Shown here: one piece after another, positions 17,513 through 28,208 of the stretch
Numbering within the stretch: position 1 is the first letter of the stretch
Layout: the number at the start of each line of letters is the position of its first letter
DNA from: Eubacteriales bacterium
GTDB taxonomy: Bacteria; Bacillota; Clostridia; Oscillospirales; CAG-272
NCBI GenBank assembly: GCA_045576815.1
Contig: JAZNHD010000055.1
Location: forward strand, 14,868 to 78,867
Direction: 5' to 3'
Length of the DNA stretch: 64,000 bases
Made by a program: the position numbers and the translations under genes
Notes under the pieces: model-generated
What the model was told of the DNA's origin: nothing
The model's database searches: none
What the model saw: the letters and a program-made list of their open reading frames with translations, nothing else

Positions 17513-19246
17513 TTACTGTTCTGCACCGTCTAAGGTCTTAACAGTGATGTAGGCTTTGAATTTTTCCATCGCAATTTCGTAATAGGCGTTCTCCTCGAAG
17601 TATTCGTCGTCAAAGTAATCAAAGAGAACCTCTTTGCGCTCTTCAACAAGCTCTGCGTATTCATCGTCGGTATAATCTTCTCTATCCTTGTTTATGCTCT
17701 CAAGGAACTGAGTAATATACTCGTCAAGATAACTCTCTTTAACCTCCTCGACCTTTGAAAGAAGCTCGTCAGATGTAGGAGCGATGTTTTCCTTTCTCAT
17801 TATATAATAAAGAATGAGTCTTTCTCTGACGAGGTTCTCCGACATCATGCGCAGCACAAGACGCCAATCCTTGCCCGAATAATTTACGTTCAAGTATATA
17901 GCCGCGTATTCATCAAGAGTGCGGCAGGTAACGCTCTGCCCTGTCAACGAGTCGGTTATTATACCGCCTGAAGCCTCGTACTTATCTTTTACGTCATCGT
18001 AATACTCCTGGTAAACCTCGTTAACCTTTTTGGTCGGGTAGTTCTTTATATTCACCTTCTCTGTATAGTGCTTCCAGATAGCCTTCTCGAGAAGATTATC
18101 ATAATTCTCCTCGTAAGCCTCAAGAAAATACTCCTCGAGAAAGGCTCTGTACTTTTCGACAAGGCTTTCACCGGTATATTCATTAAGCTCTTCAAGCGTT
18201 ATGAGCGCCGTATCCTCAGAGAGCATTTCGGTTATAAACGCATCGTCGAACTCGGGAGTTTCGTAAGAAACCACGCCCGCTATATAAAGCTCAAAATAAA
18301 CCGTCTTGTTTCTATATACATCTAGGGCTGAATTGTTAGACATGTAATCGTAAGGGAAATAGCCCGAAACCGTATAAGGCTCACCCTCGCACCTAGTAAC
18401 GAAGTCCACCTTGAGCTTTGTGTAGTTGTAGATTTTACCCCCCTTTTCCGACTGTGCAGTCTTCTCCGCGCCGCCGATAGTGGCACCTTTAATCGCTGCT
18501 ATAAAACCCTCGCCGAACTTATCCGTTACGTCAGGGTCGCCAAGGTCAACTCTTACCGATTCATAGTTTTTTGCATTCTTCTCATTATCACCCTGAAGAA
18601 GCTCGGTATAGCTTACGTAAACGACGTCACCGGCCGCAACGGTACCCTCTTTTATCTTATTAAATGATGGTGTGTCGTTGGGTGTTATACCCGCATTTAC
18701 AATTGCCAGCTCAACGCCCTGAGCAAACAACAGACTGCTCGCGCCAAGCTCGAGAGATGCCGGGTCGTCCGCGGCAAAGTTGTTCTCAATTTCTTTCTCC
18801 TTGCCGTCCTCTTTGATGTAGGCTCTGTACCATAAGGAGATTTTATCACCCTCGTCTATCGTAACGTCTTTTTTATAAACACCGTCGTAAAGCGGCGTTT
18901 TACTCCTCTTTGTGTAAAGGTAGTAAAGGATTGCCGAATCAACATCCTCGGACTTCGGTCTTGCTATATTAATGCTAAGCTCTATGTCCTTATATACGTC
19001 CTCGGGTACGTCAAGATAATACGACAGATCAGAGGTGAGATAATTAAAGTTCTTCTCTCTCGTGTCGTTTATAAGCGGTATGAAAAGTATCAGAGAGCTG
19101 ACTATAATCGTGACGGCCAGAAGTGCTGCGATAACGGCAAACACGATTTTCTCAGCGCTCAGCTTCGTCGGTGCAGCCTGATTATTTTTCACCGCTCTTA
19201 CGCTCTGATTTTTACCCGGCGCTTGTTTGTATCCTTTTTTACTCAT
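17513..19246 (-). CDS. Membrane-anchored trigger-factor/FKBP-like foldase-like protein
   Basis: 577 aa from ATG 19246 (MSKKGYK..., RBS AAAGAGGAAG). It has one N-terminal TM helix. The segment ...YFELYIAGVVSYETPEFDDAFI... resembles the end of the trigger-factor PPIase domain. The acidic helical C-terminus is paralogous in layout to 19758-21926. Confidence 0.55.
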   Translation of the reverse strand: MSKKGYKQAPGKNQSVRAVKNNQAAPTKLSAEKIVFAVIAALLAVTIIVSSLILFIPLINDTREKNFNYLTSDLSYYLDVPEDVYKDIELSINIARPKSEDVDSAILYYLYTKRSKTPLYDGVYKKDVTIDEGDKISLWYRAYIKEDGKEKEIENNFAADDPASLELGASSLLFAQGVELAIVNAGITPNDTPSFNKIKEGTVAAGDVVYVSYTELLQGDNEKNAKNYESVRVDLGDPDVTDKFGEGFIAAIKGATIGGAEKTAQSEKGGKIYNYTKLKVDFVTRCEGEPYTVSGYFPYDYMSNNSALDVYRNKTVYFELYIAGVVSYETPEFDDAFITEMLSEDTALITLEELNEYTGESLVEKYRAFLEEYFLEAYEENYDNLLEKAIWKHYTEKVNIKNYPTKKVNEVYQEYYDDVKDKYEASGGIITDSLTGQSVTCRTLDEYAAIYLNVNYSGKDWRLVLRMMSENLVRERLILYYIMRKENIAPTSDELLSKVEEVKESYLDEYITQFLESINKDREDYTDDEYAELVEERKEVLFDYFDDEYFEENAYYEIAMEKFKAYITVKTLDGAEQ

Positions 19247-19257
19247 ATCTTCCTCTT

Positions 19258-19692
19258 TTATATAAGAGCATCGGCAAATGAAGTCGCAAGCGCATCGCAA
19301 CGCTCGTTATAATCATGTCCGTTGTGCCCCTTTACCCATTCAAATTTAACCTTATGCTGACCTACAAGCTCATAGAGTCTCTCCCAAAGGTCGGGATTTT
19401 TCAGCTCGTCACGTCCTCTGCGCCAGCCCTTTTTACGCCAGGATTCAACCCAGCCCTCGTTGAAGGCATCAACGAGATATCTAGAATCCGAGAAAAGAGT
19501 AACCGAGCAGCTCTCGCGCAGAGCCTCAAGTCCGCGTATCGCGGCAGTAAGCTCCATGCGGTTATTTGTGGTCTCCGCCTCTCCGCCCGATAGCTCGCGC
19601 TCGTGAGGACCGTACACTAAAATCGCACCCCAGCCTCCGCGGCCAGGGTTGCCTCTGCACGCACCGTCAGTATATATTTTAACTTCCTTCAT
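19258..19692 (-). CDS. rnhA: Ribonuclease HI
   Basis: 144 aa starting [25 protein letters not shown], with ...TNNRMEL... and ...[12 protein letters not shown] motifs. Confidence 0.9.
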   Translation of the reverse strand: MKEVKIYTDGACRGNPGRGGWGAILVYGPHERELSGGEAETTNNRMELTAAIRGLEALRESCSVTLFSDSRYLVDAFNEGWVESWRKKGWRRGRDELKNPDLWERLYELVGQHKVKFEWVKGHNGHDYNERCDALATSFADALI

Positions 19693-19709
19693 AAAGGCCT
19701 CGCTTCAAG

Positions 19710-19738
19710 AAAACGGACGAAATGATTTCGTCCGTTTT
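19710..19738 (-). terminator. Intrinsic terminator after the lipoprotein gene
   Basis: Hairpin AAAACGGACGAAA/TTTCGTCCGTTTT followed by UUUUCUU on the minus strand. Confidence 0.65.
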
Positions 19739-19757
19739 CCATTGCTGTCTTTCGTTA

Positions 19758-21926
19758 TTAGTCGTCTGCACCTTCGTCTCCGTCAGCATCCTCGACGGTA
19801 ACGTAGGTAAGTCCCTCGTATCTGAAATCAATATAAAGAACTCCATCGCGCTCGGTGTACTTAGGATGGTTGTGTCCGTCAACTCTCTCGATAGAGGTGC
19901 TCATGAGGTAATTCATAATCTTCTCAAACTGGAGAGCGGTACGGAGATTTGCCTCGCCGTAATCCGAGATAAAGCTTTCGTACGCAGCGTTGCCAATATC
20001 GTTCTTGTACTGATTGAACACGTCGTTGGTAACAAGGAATCTGTCAGCCTCTTTCTTTGCGTTCTCGTAAGCCTTGGTTTCGGACTCCTCAGCCTTGGTA
20101 ACAGCCTCGTTATATTTCTCTTCGTCCTCGTAATCCTCACGGTCAACCTCTATATCGAAGCGGCCGGCAGTCTTATCAAGCTCCGCCCATGCGGCAAGGT
20201 CAACCTTTGCGTCGTCCTTAAGAGCCTTTGCAACTACGTAAATCTTGATGACGGGAGCAATCTTTTCCTTAGCTTCCTTGGTGATTGCAGCCTCAATGCC
20301 ACGCCATATATCGCCGTCTATTTCCTTTGCCTCGGCGTGCGACTTTAAGAAGTCCGCAAAGTCGCCCTTATGGAAGGAATATTCGGACTCAGAGCCGTGC
20401 TTATCCTTATAGAAGGAGTATTCGTACGCCTCAAAGAGACGGTTATATGCCTCATTGAGAACCGACTCGGGATACGCGGTTACCTCAACGCTTTCATCGA
20501 TAGCCTCGTAAACCTTCTTAGCAACAGCCTTGATAACCGAGGTGTTGTACTCCTCCTCAAGACCGTGTCTTACGTCCTCATCATACTCCGAGGTAATAGC
20601 CTCCGCAATAGGCTTTGCGCCGTCAGCGGTAGAAGCGGCGGTAAGAATTTCTGTGATTGCAGTGTCAGCTGCGGTCTTCTTAGCAGTCTTGAGTGCCTCG
20701 GTAGCATCCTCAAGCGCATCCTTCTGTGCCTCAGTAGCGTTCTTGCCCGCTGCATCTACTGCAGCCTTTGCGCTGTCATACGCCTCTTTGGCGGTCTTAA
20801 CTGCCGCATACTTTGCATCCTCGGTGGTACCGGCATAAATCTTACCAAGCTCCTCTACGAGCTCAGAAAGCTTCTTTCCGCCGGTAACGGTGTAGCTCTC
20901 ATCCTCAAAAATCTCAAGTGAGCTCGTCTTAATAGCCTCGCCGAGAATGTACTTAAGAAGAGCGGTAGCGTCATACTCGGGAACGTGGATTATAGAAACA
21001 GGGTAAACGTGGTAGGTAAGCTCAAGGTCTTTAAGCTCTACTTCAACGTCGTTTATATCCCTTACCTTTTTGGTTTCTTTGTAGCGAACCATCGAGAAGC
21101 TTGCAAGATCCTCTCCGGCGTTCTTAACTATCCATTTAACCACAACGTTGGAGTAGGTAAGAGTATTACCCGACGCATCGGTGGTGATGTATTTGTTTGC
21201 ACCATCCTTAAACGTTGCTGCGTTGCCAACTGAGTTTTTGTACTCTGCCTTGATTATCTCGGTAAGAAGGCCATCCTCAGAGCCGAGCGTAACCTCTTTA
21301 TACTTTACGGTAGAGGAATCCTTATTGCCTGCAGAGTCAACCTTATCAAGCTTGTAGGAGATAACAACCTTCTGACCGTCTTCGAGCTTTGTGCCCTTGG
21401 TGGAGTCGGTAGAATAAGCAGCCGAAAGAGTCTTGCCCTTAAGCGCTGCCGCGAGCTTCTCTCTGAACTCGTTTGCAAGCTCGTCCTCCGAGCTTACAGT
21501 CTTGCCAAGCTCTATAACGTGAGAAGACTTATACGAGGAGTTGTTAAGACGCGCCTCCTCCATCAAGTCGAAGAATACGGTGTGAGTCGTGCCGTCCTTT
21601 TCTACCGTTGCGTACATGTTATAGTAAACTACGTCGCGCTCACCGATAACTCCGCTAAATTCCTTGTCGCCGACAGCAACAACCTTGTCGGTTAAGGTGT
21701 TATAGATTTTCTCAAGCACCTTCTGTGCTCTTACCGTCTCGTCGGTTGTGAAATCAAAATCCTCAATTTCAATAGCAGCAAGCGCCTCGGCAAAAGCATC
21801 CTTGTCAAACGCTGCGTACTGTGTGAGGTCTTCTTCCGCGTAATTGAATACGGTCGAGCCACAGCCTGCAAGTGCCATAACCGCCATAACTACTACGAGA
21901 ACGAAAGCAATAATTCTCTTTTTCAT
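19758..21926 (-). CDS. Lipoprotein, trigger-factor/FKBP-like foldase-like
   Basis: 722 aa with the lipobox signal MKKRIIAFVLVVVMAVMALAGC. The segment ...LTYHVYPVSIIHVPEYDATALLKYI... parallels the PEFDDAF segment of the neighbouring paralog. It also has an Ala/Lys-rich helical region and an acidic C-terminus. Confidence 0.55.
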   Translation of the reverse strand: MKKRIIAFVLVVVMAVMALAGCGSTVFNYAEEDLTQYAAFDKDAFAEALAAIEIEDFDFTTDETVRAQKVLEKIYNTLTDKVVAVGDKEFSGVIGERDVVYYNMYATVEKDGTTHTVFFDLMEEARLNNSSYKSSHVIELGKTVSSEDELANEFREKLAAALKGKTLSAAYSTDSTKGTKLEDGQKVVISYKLDKVDSAGNKDSSTVKYKEVTLGSEDGLLTEIIKAEYKNSVGNAATFKDGANKYITTDASGNTLTYSNVVVKWIVKNAGEDLASFSMVRYKETKKVRDINDVEVELKDLELTYHVYPVSIIHVPEYDATALLKYILGEAIKTSSLEIFEDESYTVTGGKKLSELVEELGKIYAGTTEDAKYAAVKTAKEAYDSAKAAVDAAGKNATEAQKDALEDATEALKTAKKTAADTAITEILTAASTADGAKPIAEAITSEYDEDVRHGLEEEYNTSVIKAVAKKVYEAIDESVEVTAYPESVLNEAYNRLFEAYEYSFYKDKHGSESEYSFHKGDFADFLKSHAEAKEIDGDIWRGIEAAITKEAKEKIAPVIKIYVVAKALKDDAKVDLAAWAELDKTAGRFDIEVDREDYEDEEKYNEAVTKAEESETKAYENAKKEADRFLVTNDVFNQYKNDIGNAAYESFISDYGEANLRTALQFEKIMNYLMSTSIERVDGHNHPKYTERDGVLYIDFRYEGLTYVTVEDADGDEGADD

Positions 21927-22098
21927 GTCGTCATTTCCTTATTTTTTATTTAATAGCGCGTGAAACAAACACGCGTTTAAGTTGAACACAGATAATTATA
22001 ACACATTGCAGTGAAAAAAGCAAACATTTTTTTAAATATTTGTTCGACTTTTTCCCACTTGACCGAAAAACCTTTCGACACGGGCCGTTTTTTTGCAG

Positions 22099-25020
22099 TT
22101 AGTGCCCACCCGTGTCGAGTTTTTCTTGGTACAACACATCAGGATCAATAGGCTTGCCGTTTAAAAGGTTCTGGAAATTATAAACGATCTTCCTGAAAGC
22201 AAACTGTGAAATATAAAAATCGGATACCTGACTTAAGGTTTGCCCGTTCGGACCAACCTCTCTTATAACCACCATAACCCGCCTGTCGCTGACACGGTAA
22301 AAATCGTAAACGTAAGGATACGGAGATGCCGCAGACCCGGCGCGCGAGGTGTCAATAGCAAAGGTAAGACTCATCAGCTTTTCCCCCGAAATAAATGCCT
22401 CGGCCTGCTCTTCGTCAGTCAGGGTGCCTGTGTAATAGGTTGAGAACAGAATGAGGAGCTGCTCCTTAAAGTAAGCCGTGCCGGCATAATCGTCACCGAG
22501 CGTGCCTGCATTGCCGCCCTCAGCCTCGCGGTTATAAAGGTTGTGAAGCTTTATGCTGTCTATATTAAGCGAGGGGTTCTCATTCTTATCATAGCGAAGC
22601 CATTTGAGAAGCGCGTTTTCGCTACAGTCTCCCGACGGTGTTACGTCAACCGTTACGAAATCGTATTCAGAGCCGCCGGACTCGGGCTTTTCGTCGTGGT
22701 GACCGCCAGAGGAATCAATGTATATCGTCTTGTGGTCAAGGTCAAAGTTATAGCTACCGTAAAGGTCGCTCATCGAGAACTTGAGATCAATGTAGTCTAT
22801 ATGCTGGTAATTAACCATTACAAGACTGCGTCTTGCCCAGTATTCAACGAAGGAGTGCTCAACAAAATCAAAGACAGATCCGTCCATCTCGACGATTATA
22901 TCGTACATATCGCTGCCAACGTATCTCTTTCCGTCAGGCTGCTCGTCGCTGATATAAAGATAGAAGCCAAGCGTTGAAATATAGGTATAGCTGTCAATGC
23001 TCTCATATCCCGATGCCGCCGAGTCAGAGTAGGCCGATATACCTCTCGGAAGCTCAAAATAAATGCTGTTTTTGTAAAGACCGTACTTTTCCATATTGGT
23101 GGGAGTAAGTCCTACCGCAACGGTCTTGCTGCCAAGAAGTCCTTCGCTGGTATTCGTGGCAATTCCGCCAAGGGCTTTAACCACCCTCTCGCAAACCTCT
23201 GAATTGAGAGCATAGCCCTTATTTTCATTTTCGAGGGTGTTTTTATAAAGCGACTCGCCGAAGAAGGGATCGCGGTCGACCGCGTTAATGAATTTAAAGG
23301 ACGTAATAATTTCCTTGTCGACAAAGTACTTTATCTCGCTTATCTCATAGGTTATAAAGCTATATACGTCCTGTCCGTATCTCTCGTCCGAAAACGCAAC
23401 AAGATTAAGGTCGCTCTCCACGCTCTTACCTATCAGCTTTTCCTTCACCTTAAGGTTGTCCCCCTCGGTTATAGCTGCAAGGTCGACCGTCGCCTGTGCT
23501 TCCTCACCGACCTCCTTGCCGTCAACACGAATGACGTAACGGTAGTTTACCTTTGAGTTTGCATCAATTTTTGACACAACCTTATAGCTTTCATCGTAAA
23601 CCACGACTATGTCGGTTATCACGTATTCGTATACGCTTGATACCGCGTTAGCCTGGGTATAGATTTTATCATACCTGATAGCCTCTGCAAGAGTGCCGAC
23701 GCTTGCCACGCGCAGCTTTGCCTTTGCGCCGCTGTCCATATTGCTACCGTCGGAAATATCAAATACACCGTGATAGAGCTTTTCGTTAACCTTCTCGTCA
23801 TTTACATAAAGGTTGTAGCTTACACGCACCAGCTCCGCAGTGCCTACAGCGTATCCTAGCTCATCGTGCTCGCCGTTATCGGTAATAACCGATTCCACTG
23901 CTACTATCTCGTAGGTGTACTTGTCGCTCGCCCCACCTTTAAGCTCCACCTCTGCTCTGTCCGTGAGCACCGTCAGAAGAAGCGGATTTTCCGTATAGCT
24001 TCCAACCTTTGATGAAAGAAGCGTCGATACGAACCGCCCGTATTCCTCTCGCTTAGCAAGAGATGAAAGGTCAATGGGTAGCTTGTCGTAGCTCTGGCGG
24101 TAATAGCCGTCAGCATCGCCCTTGCCGTCGTAAACAGGGTCCAGTCGAGTTGCGGCTGCGACGACCTCGCTGTCACGCATAACCGTCTCTCCGACGGCAT
24201 TATGCACAGTGTGCCTCCACTGCCTATAGTCGGTTGTAAGATATGGCTCATAGGCGCCGTCGGTGGGAAGTCCCGAGGCGACCACTCTTGAGTGAAGAAA
24301 AGCCTCAAAGCCGCCAAGCGCGTAGTCAAGACCGCGGCCGAGAGAGGTGTAAATATAATCTCTGCCGTCTACTGTGTAGTAGTAGCCCGAGCCTGTCAGA
24401 AGGGAGTCGCCGATTCTTATAACGTGCGCCTTCTCCTTGCCGTCCTCATCGAGATAGTTGACGGTTATCTCGTCATAATTGCCCTCGTCAAGACCGTATC
24501 TTTTGAGCTGAGCGTCACGGGTTTCATCGTTTATCTCAATGCGCTCGTTGAAGTATAGAATTCCAAGTCCTACACAAAGGTAAGAAATCTTCGGCACGGA
24601 GAGGCCGGAGCTTGAGTCAAAGGCGAAAAGCTGGCTGTAATCAAACGAGCCCTCAGCGCCCACGATAGGCGGAACGTAAGGTACGTTGTTTCCGTCCTCG
24701 TCCTCATAATAGAGTATAAACTCCTCTTCTTTGTTGGGACGAAGTAAGGAAAAGCTACCGTTCTCCGCCCTTATATCAATAAACTGTATGTCCTCTCTAT
24801 CAAATATCGGATAGGCAACGGTCGAATTGCCGTAATATCCCTCGCCGTCCTTTATAGGCGGCTTTTCGCCGGGAGGCGTGGTATTGTTAATCGAGATAAT
24901 TCCCGCATTAATGAGAAGCTCAAGGGTGACGTAAAGCGCAGTAAGCAGCACGAGCACTGCCGCCACAACGGCTGTCAGAAGGCGCTTATCACCCGGTTTT
25001 TTTACTCTTTCTTTTATCAC
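22099..25020 (-). CDS. Large N-terminally anchored extracytoplasmic protein (DUF4340-like by position in a GldG-type operon)
   Basis: About 973 aa from GTG 25020, with GGAGG 5 nt upstream and located just after the stop of the preceding gene. It has a single N-terminal TM helix. The family assignment is an inference from context only. Confidence 0.6.
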   Translation of the reverse strand: MIKERVKKPGDKRLLTAVVAAVLVLLTALYVTLELLINAGIISINNTTPPGEKPPIKDGEGYYGNSTVAYPIFDREDIQFIDIRAENGSFSLLRPNKEEEFILYYEDEDGNNVPYVPPIVGAEGSFDYSQLFAFDSSSGLSVPKISYLCVGLGILYFNERIEINDETRDAQLKRYGLDEGNYDEITVNYLDEDGKEKAHVIRIGDSLLTGSGYYYTVDGRDYIYTSLGRGLDYALGGFEAFLHSRVVASGLPTDGAYEPYLTTDYRQWRHTVHNAVGETVMRDSEVVAAATRLDPVYDGKGDADGYYRQSYDKLPIDLSSLAKREEYGRFVSTLLSSKVGSYTENPLLLTVLTDRAEVELKGGASDKYTYEIVAVESVITDNGEHDELGYAVGTAELVRVSYNLYVNDEKVNEKLYHGVFDISDGSNMDSGAKAKLRVASVGTLAEAIRYDKIYTQANAVSSVYEYVITDIVVVYDESYKVVSKIDANSKVNYRYVIRVDGKEVGEEAQATVDLAAITEGDNLKVKEKLIGKSVESDLNLVAFSDERYGQDVYSFITYEISEIKYFVDKEIITSFKFINAVDRDPFFGESLYKNTLENENKGYALNSEVCERVVKALGGIATNTSEGLLGSKTVAVGLTPTNMEKYGLYKNSIYFELPRGISAYSDSAASGYESIDSYTYISTLGFYLYISDEQPDGKRYVGSDMYDIIVEMDGSVFDFVEHSFVEYWARRSLVMVNYQHIDYIDLKFSMSDLYGSYNFDLDHKTIYIDSSGGHHDEKPESGGSEYDFVTVDVTPSGDCSENALLKWLRYDKNENPSLNIDSIKLHNLYNREAEGGNAGTLGDDYAGTAYFKEQLLILFSTYYTGTLTDEEQAEAFISGEKLMSLTFAIDTSRAGSAASPYPYVYDFYRVSDRRVMVVIREVGPNGQTLSQVSDFYISQFAFRKIVYNFQNLLNGKPIDPDVLYQEKLDTGGH

Positions 25021-25030
25021 GGGGGCCTCC

Positions 25031-26704
25031 TTACAAGAATTTGCGGCGTATTCGCACGGCAACCGCCGCCACCGCTACCGCCAGCGGTATAAGCATAAGA
25101 CCGACGGTAATTCCTATAGCATCACTCGAGGAAAGACCGTGCCATACAAGCACCTGCTTTCCCGTGCTTTTATCGGTTGCATATACGTCGGTTGCGGATA
25201 TATCCGACTGATAAAGTATCTTTCCAAACATGTTTTTGGAGTTCTGTGAAAGTCCGCCAAGGTCAATCGACGCATATCCGTCGGTCCTTACCATATTGGA
25301 AATGAGCGAGGACATTACGTCGTAGTTCGCGTAAGACGGCTCACCGAGCACCTCACTTGAGAAGAAGTCGGGGCTGTTCACGCAGAAAATATAGGAATAT
25401 TTATTCTCTCGGGTGTAAGAATCAAGCTCAAGCCTTGTCGAAACGGCCGCAAGATGCATCTTTCCGCGGCGGTCAAGGTCGGTATATCCACCGCCTGCCG
25501 AAAGCTCGTGTGCCGAGGCATCAGGCGAGGAATAGAAGAGTGGCGCATAGTTTCGCGATGTCGAATAGGTTCCGGCCTCGGGCACCGACCATCTATCGCC
25601 AAACGAGCATTCGACGTACCCCGTGTTAGGAATTACCGTGAGAGGAGCAGATGAAAGCGAGGCAAAATTACCGTAAATCGAGTAGCCGTAGCTGTCCTCA
25701 CTCGTGTCGTATACACCGATAATATCAGTATACGTGCCCTCCTCGTTCTGAAGCGAGCCTCCCTCGTCACTAACGAGAGAGGTACCGAAAGCAAAGCCCC
25801 ACTCGTAAAGAAAATCATCAAAATTTTCAAGCGGCCTTGAGTAATCGCGCGCCACCATTATAGAGCCGCTCGTTTTTACGAGATAGCGGTCGAGCTTATC
25901 AGTCTCGGACTCGTAAGAATACTCACCGAGCTTGCCGTCCGGAACAGTGAAATCATGACTCGGATTGTTTATTATGAGAAGAACGCAATCCTCGGGAATA
26001 TCCTCCTCTGCAAGATTAAGAAGTCCAACGTCCATTCCGCGCTCAACAACAAGGTCGTAAAGATAAGCGGTCTCAAGGCTCATTGCACTCTCGGGGTCCT
26101 CTATATCGTAATACCTTTCACCGTGATTGGTAACAAAATAAGCCTTAGGCTTCTCAACCGCGGTGACCGAAACGAGAAGCGAGGCAAGCCTATACTCACC
26201 GTTATAGGAATAATACTCTCCGCTGACCTTGTACCAAAGACTCGCGGCATTAAGTATTCTGTATTTATCGCCATAGGATATGATTATATCCGTGGGGGAG
26301 ACGGTGGAGAGGGAGGTGGTTTTGTATTCCGCAACCGCCGTGGGATTATAAGTAATGTTCACCGTCTCTACCGAGAGATTTTCAAGAGCGGCATCAAGCT
26401 TTAGCAGCGAAAGATACGGAACTCTCGTCATCTGTGAACCGATAAGTGTATCGGGGTCTGAGCAGAAGATTACCCTAACCTCCTTTTCTCCGTCCTCAAG
26501 CTCGTCGATAAAGGCGCATTCCTCACGCATTGCCTCCGAGACGGTATAAAGCCCCTCAGGAGTCATATCGAGATAGAGAGAGCCGTAAAGTCCGACGTGC
26601 TTCATCAAAATGTTGAGAAGAAAAAGCCCGACAATGCCGACAAGGGTAATAAGCGCAAAAATCTTCCCTCTTTGCTTTCTGTTTTTAAGTAGGTTTATTT
26701 TCAT
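25031..26704 (-). CDS. GldG-like ABC-transporter auxiliary component (paralog 2)
   Basis: 557 aa with N- and C-terminal TM helices bracketing a large external domain. This is GldG/ABC_transp_aux topology, downstream of an ABC-2 permease. Confidence 0.65.
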   Translation of the reverse strand: MKINLLKNRKQRGKIFALITLVGIVGLFLLNILMKHVGLYGSLYLDMTPEGLYTVSEAMREECAFIDELEDGEKEVRVIFCSDPDTLIGSQMTRVPYLSLLKLDAALENLSVETVNITYNPTAVAEYKTTSLSTVSPTDIIISYGDKYRILNAASLWYKVSGEYYSYNGEYRLASLLVSVTAVEKPKAYFVTNHGERYYDIEDPESAMSLETAYLYDLVVERGMDVGLLNLAEEDIPEDCVLLIINNPSHDFTVPDGKLGEYSYESETDKLDRYLVKTSGSIMVARDYSRPLENFDDFLYEWGFAFGTSLVSDEGGSLQNEEGTYTDIIGVYDTSEDSYGYSIYGNFASLSSAPLTVIPNTGYVECSFGDRWSVPEAGTYSTSRNYAPLFYSSPDASAHELSAGGGYTDLDRRGKMHLAAVSTRLELDSYTRENKYSYIFCVNSPDFFSSEVLGEPSYANYDVMSSLISNMVRTDGYASIDLGGLSQNSKNMFGKILYQSDISATDVYATDKSTGKQVLVWHGLSSSDAIGITVGLMLIPLAVAVAAVAVRIRRKFL

Positions 26705-26707
26705 CTC

Positions 26708-28180
26708 TTACCTCGCCTTTCTTCTGACCACAACGACAAAACCCGCCGCCGCAATAAGCACAGGTATTATAAGAAGCGCCGCGGTATAAAGGCGCGCTGT
26801 GCCCATAGTCAGATTTTCGAGAATTTGATTGTCATAAACCACGCTGTTACAGCCGTATGGCATATCGCCCATGCCGAAAAGCTCGTCAAAGAGCGAATAA
26901 AGAAAATCCTTATTGGAATAGCCGGCGGTTATTATGGCGTCGGCAGCTGCAAGATATACGCTCGATATAACGAACATATTGGCTACCGCCCCGTCCTTAC
27001 CGTTAAGCGCCGAGGTCGCAGCAATCGCATAAGAGCCCGCGGTGTCGGTAGTAGCACCGCCCGACTGACAAACCGCCGATGGCGAGGAAAGAAGCAAAGG
27101 CTTTGCCTCACCGGAAAGAGACAGAGGCGCTGCATCCTTGATTATAACTCTGCCGTCTGTGTTTTCGGCAACAGCCTCACCCAATGCGCCATCGGCAATA
27201 CTAGTAACGAGAGTAAAGCCGTCTGTAGTTATCGCATCATCTGAATCCTTTATGATTTGGCGCCTGCCGTCCTCGGTATTGAAAAGACCGATACCGAACT
27301 CCGAAAGGAACTCGTAAAGCACGGGTAAATCCTTAGTATATGGGTCCAGCGCAACAAAGAAATTACCGCCGCCCTCTGCATAGGTTTTCATTCTTTTCAT
27401 CTCCGTGCGCACATTAGAGGTTGCTGCCGCGCGCTCAAAGTCAATTCTCGGATTAGATATGATAAGAAGGTCGGCCGTTTCGGGAATTTCCGTGCGCTTC
27501 AGATTTATCTCATCCACGTAATATCCTGCGCAGGTGAGAACGTTAAAAAGGTTGAGAGTAGCGGTCTCGCCGTGGCCCGAGGTAAAGTACGCCTCGCCAT
27601 GCTCTCGGGACAGCACCCAGGAAACCATTGAGGCAAAGACCTCTTCGCCGTTATAAGAGGTTGCGTTAAGAGAAGAATCGAGCGTAAAGAAGTCGGCAAA
27701 CCCCGCCGAGCTTATAAGGTCGGTCACAACTCTGTAGTTGCCCTCGCATTCGAATATCACCGAGGTCGTGTGTATTTTATTTGCGTTACCGCGCATGTCG
27801 GTCCTGTACTTCTCAAAATCAAAGAGCTTGCCCTCGGAATCAAGCTGGGTAAGAGCGTTAACGTACCTAAGCTCTATAAATTCGGGATATCTCTCAGCAA
27901 AATTCTTTGCTGTGATATGAACGAACCTGCCGGTAGAATGAGCGTCAAGCGCGTCCTCGTACATACAGAACGTCACGGTAACCCGACGGCCGTCCTCGAT
28001 AGCATCGGCAAAAAGAGTATCGCCGACGTTGCTTATCGAGAGATCCGTCTCTTCCTCGGCATAAACGACTATTCCGAGCGCTGCCGAAAGAGCCCCGAAT
28101 ATAAGATTGAGCACAATCACCGCGCATATGATCAAGGCCGGTGCGGCCTCGTGTGCGAGGGTGCGTTTTATCTTTTCCAT
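26708..28180 (-). CDS. GldG-like ABC-transporter auxiliary component (paralog 1)
   Basis: 490 aa with the same N- and C-terminal TM topology. It lies 3 nt from the next gene. Confidence 0.65.
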   Translation of the reverse strand: MEKIKRTLAHEAAPALIICAVIVLNLIFGALSAALGIVVYAEEETDLSISNVGDTLFADAIEDGRRVTVTFCMYEDALDAHSTGRFVHITAKNFAERYPEFIELRYVNALTQLDSEGKLFDFEKYRTDMRGNANKIHTTSVIFECEGNYRVVTDLISSAGFADFFTLDSSLNATSYNGEEVFASMVSWVLSREHGEAYFTSGHGETATLNLFNVLTCAGYYVDEINLKRTEIPETADLLIISNPRIDFERAAATSNVRTEMKRMKTYAEGGGNFFVALDPYTKDLPVLYEFLSEFGIGLFNTEDGRRQIIKDSDDAITTDGFTLVTSIADGALGEAVAENTDGRVIIKDAAPLSLSGEAKPLLLSSPSAVCQSGGATTDTAGSYAIAATSALNGKDGAVANMFVISSVYLAAADAIITAGYSNKDFLYSLFDELFGMGDMPYGCNSVVYDNQILENLTMGTARLYTAALLIIPVLIAAAGFVVVVRRKAR

Positions 28181-28208
28181 AAAAACAAAATCCTTCTCAA
28201 AAATTAGC

